From assembly GCF_002113885.1 (NCBI RefSeq), contig NW_018406412.1, positions 126,899 to 190,898 on the forward strand: DNA of 64,000 nt, given 5' to 3'. The notes under the pieces were generated by a model that searched no databases, was not told the origin of the DNA, and saw nothing but the letters and a program-made list of their open reading frames with translations. Source of the stretch: Mizuhopecten yessoensis. Taxonomy: Eukaryota. The translations under genes were made by a program, and so were the position numbers. Shown piece after piece: positions 62,824-64,000 of the stretch (positions within the stretch are counted from its first letter, which is position 1; each line of letters opens with the position of its first letter).

Positions 62824-64000
62824 GTAAGACTGTTATTGTTATACTATATATAATGTATCTTCGTATAAAAGATTACACGTATGTTTTCTTCTTGTAGGAT
62901 ATGTTAGTTATACATGTGTTATTGATATCAAATACTTAATATCCTGTTTTGAAATATCTTATAGGGTTTTCTTTATCAGGTAAATTTGTTTTATATTTTT
63001 AATCATATATCTTGTACACACTAAAATTGTCGCAAAACTGACAATTATTACATTATATTTACAGTTTCAAGTGTAATTGACTCAATAACCTTTGTCGATA
63101 ACGACAGTCATTCTCGTGCGCGTAGTGATACATACACCGTGTACATATGTGTACGTCAACAACCCGGGGGTTTTCATTGCTATTTTCGGAAATAAACAGA
63201 AGTACCTGGGATACCAGATTTGTACAACTCATTAGTGTATTCATGCAAAAGATACATGGTTGAAATGTATACATTCATTGTTGAAATTCATACATTCCGA
63301 TGACGTCACGTTGTTTACAGCGACCGATGATTACTGCACCGACTGACAGGACGGCTGGATTTTGTGTTTTTCTACGTGTTTGTGATCATTTACATACGTT
63401 TACTTTAATGACATAGTGTAAAAAGTACCCAGAAATACGATAGTAAATTCAATTTTGACAATAACGTTGATAACTGCACTCGATGGAATGGTAGATAAAG
63501 GTAATCACAGGACGGGTTCGAAAAAACCTGACCTACCATGTCATATGGCTAAATGTACCTAAATACTGATAGTTAGATCACAGCACACGAACTGGGTTTT
63601 GTAATGATTGCCTAGTTACCGTTGCCGTGGAGTCTACAAGAACAAACGAGAGATCCAAAAACTGCGAGCATCTGGTGTTGTATTATAGGGTTTTGGAAAT
63701 AAACGGGACATCTTTGGGTATTGAATATAACTGTTGAGATAAACTGGTAATGATATGAACACGAAATGATTTTATCATAACAGTTTAAAAGTGCGAATGA
63801 AATATTGAAAAATACGCGTGCATCGGGTAACGCAACTTTGCAAATTGTGCTAAAAATAGCCGCATAGAGCAACTTTGAAGTATACATTATCGCTAATGAG
63901 TAATGCTCCAAACGGACCTGCTATGTATGTAATTTCTTATGTATATGATGTCCAAAATATCATATAATTGATCTAAGATATTTTAATTATAGGATATATT

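Overview
AT-rich, repeat-dense animal genomic DNA. The SINE types and gene families suggest a mollusc, probably a bivalve (inference). There are two paralogous class A (rhodopsin-like) orphan GPCR genes on the + strand, each with an uninterrupted CDS (53-1435 and 44939-46513). They are separated by about 43 kb of non-coding DNA holding minisatellites (20, 22, 29, 31, 44, 48 and 84 bp units), tRNA-derived SINEs and several MITE families. The main result is on the minus strand, from about 61165 down to 51118: a decayed GRL101/RXFP-type (type C LGR) receptor. Manual translation shows an LDLa module and an LRRNT cap at one end and a frameshifted TM4-TM6 segment at the other. Between them, the 72-bp LRR codon unit has been amplified into a ~9.3 kb satellite-like array of roughly 125-130 LRR cassettes with higher-order repeats. 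Head-to-head with it begins a spliced gene for a secreted coiled-coil protein with a short-chain-collagen-C4-like domain (exons 61325-61571 and 62749-62823). Two candidate structured RNAs were also seen: a degenerate type I hammerhead ribozyme (27385-27430, minus) and a pseudoknot motif (12982-13050). All calls were made by eye; no searches were run.
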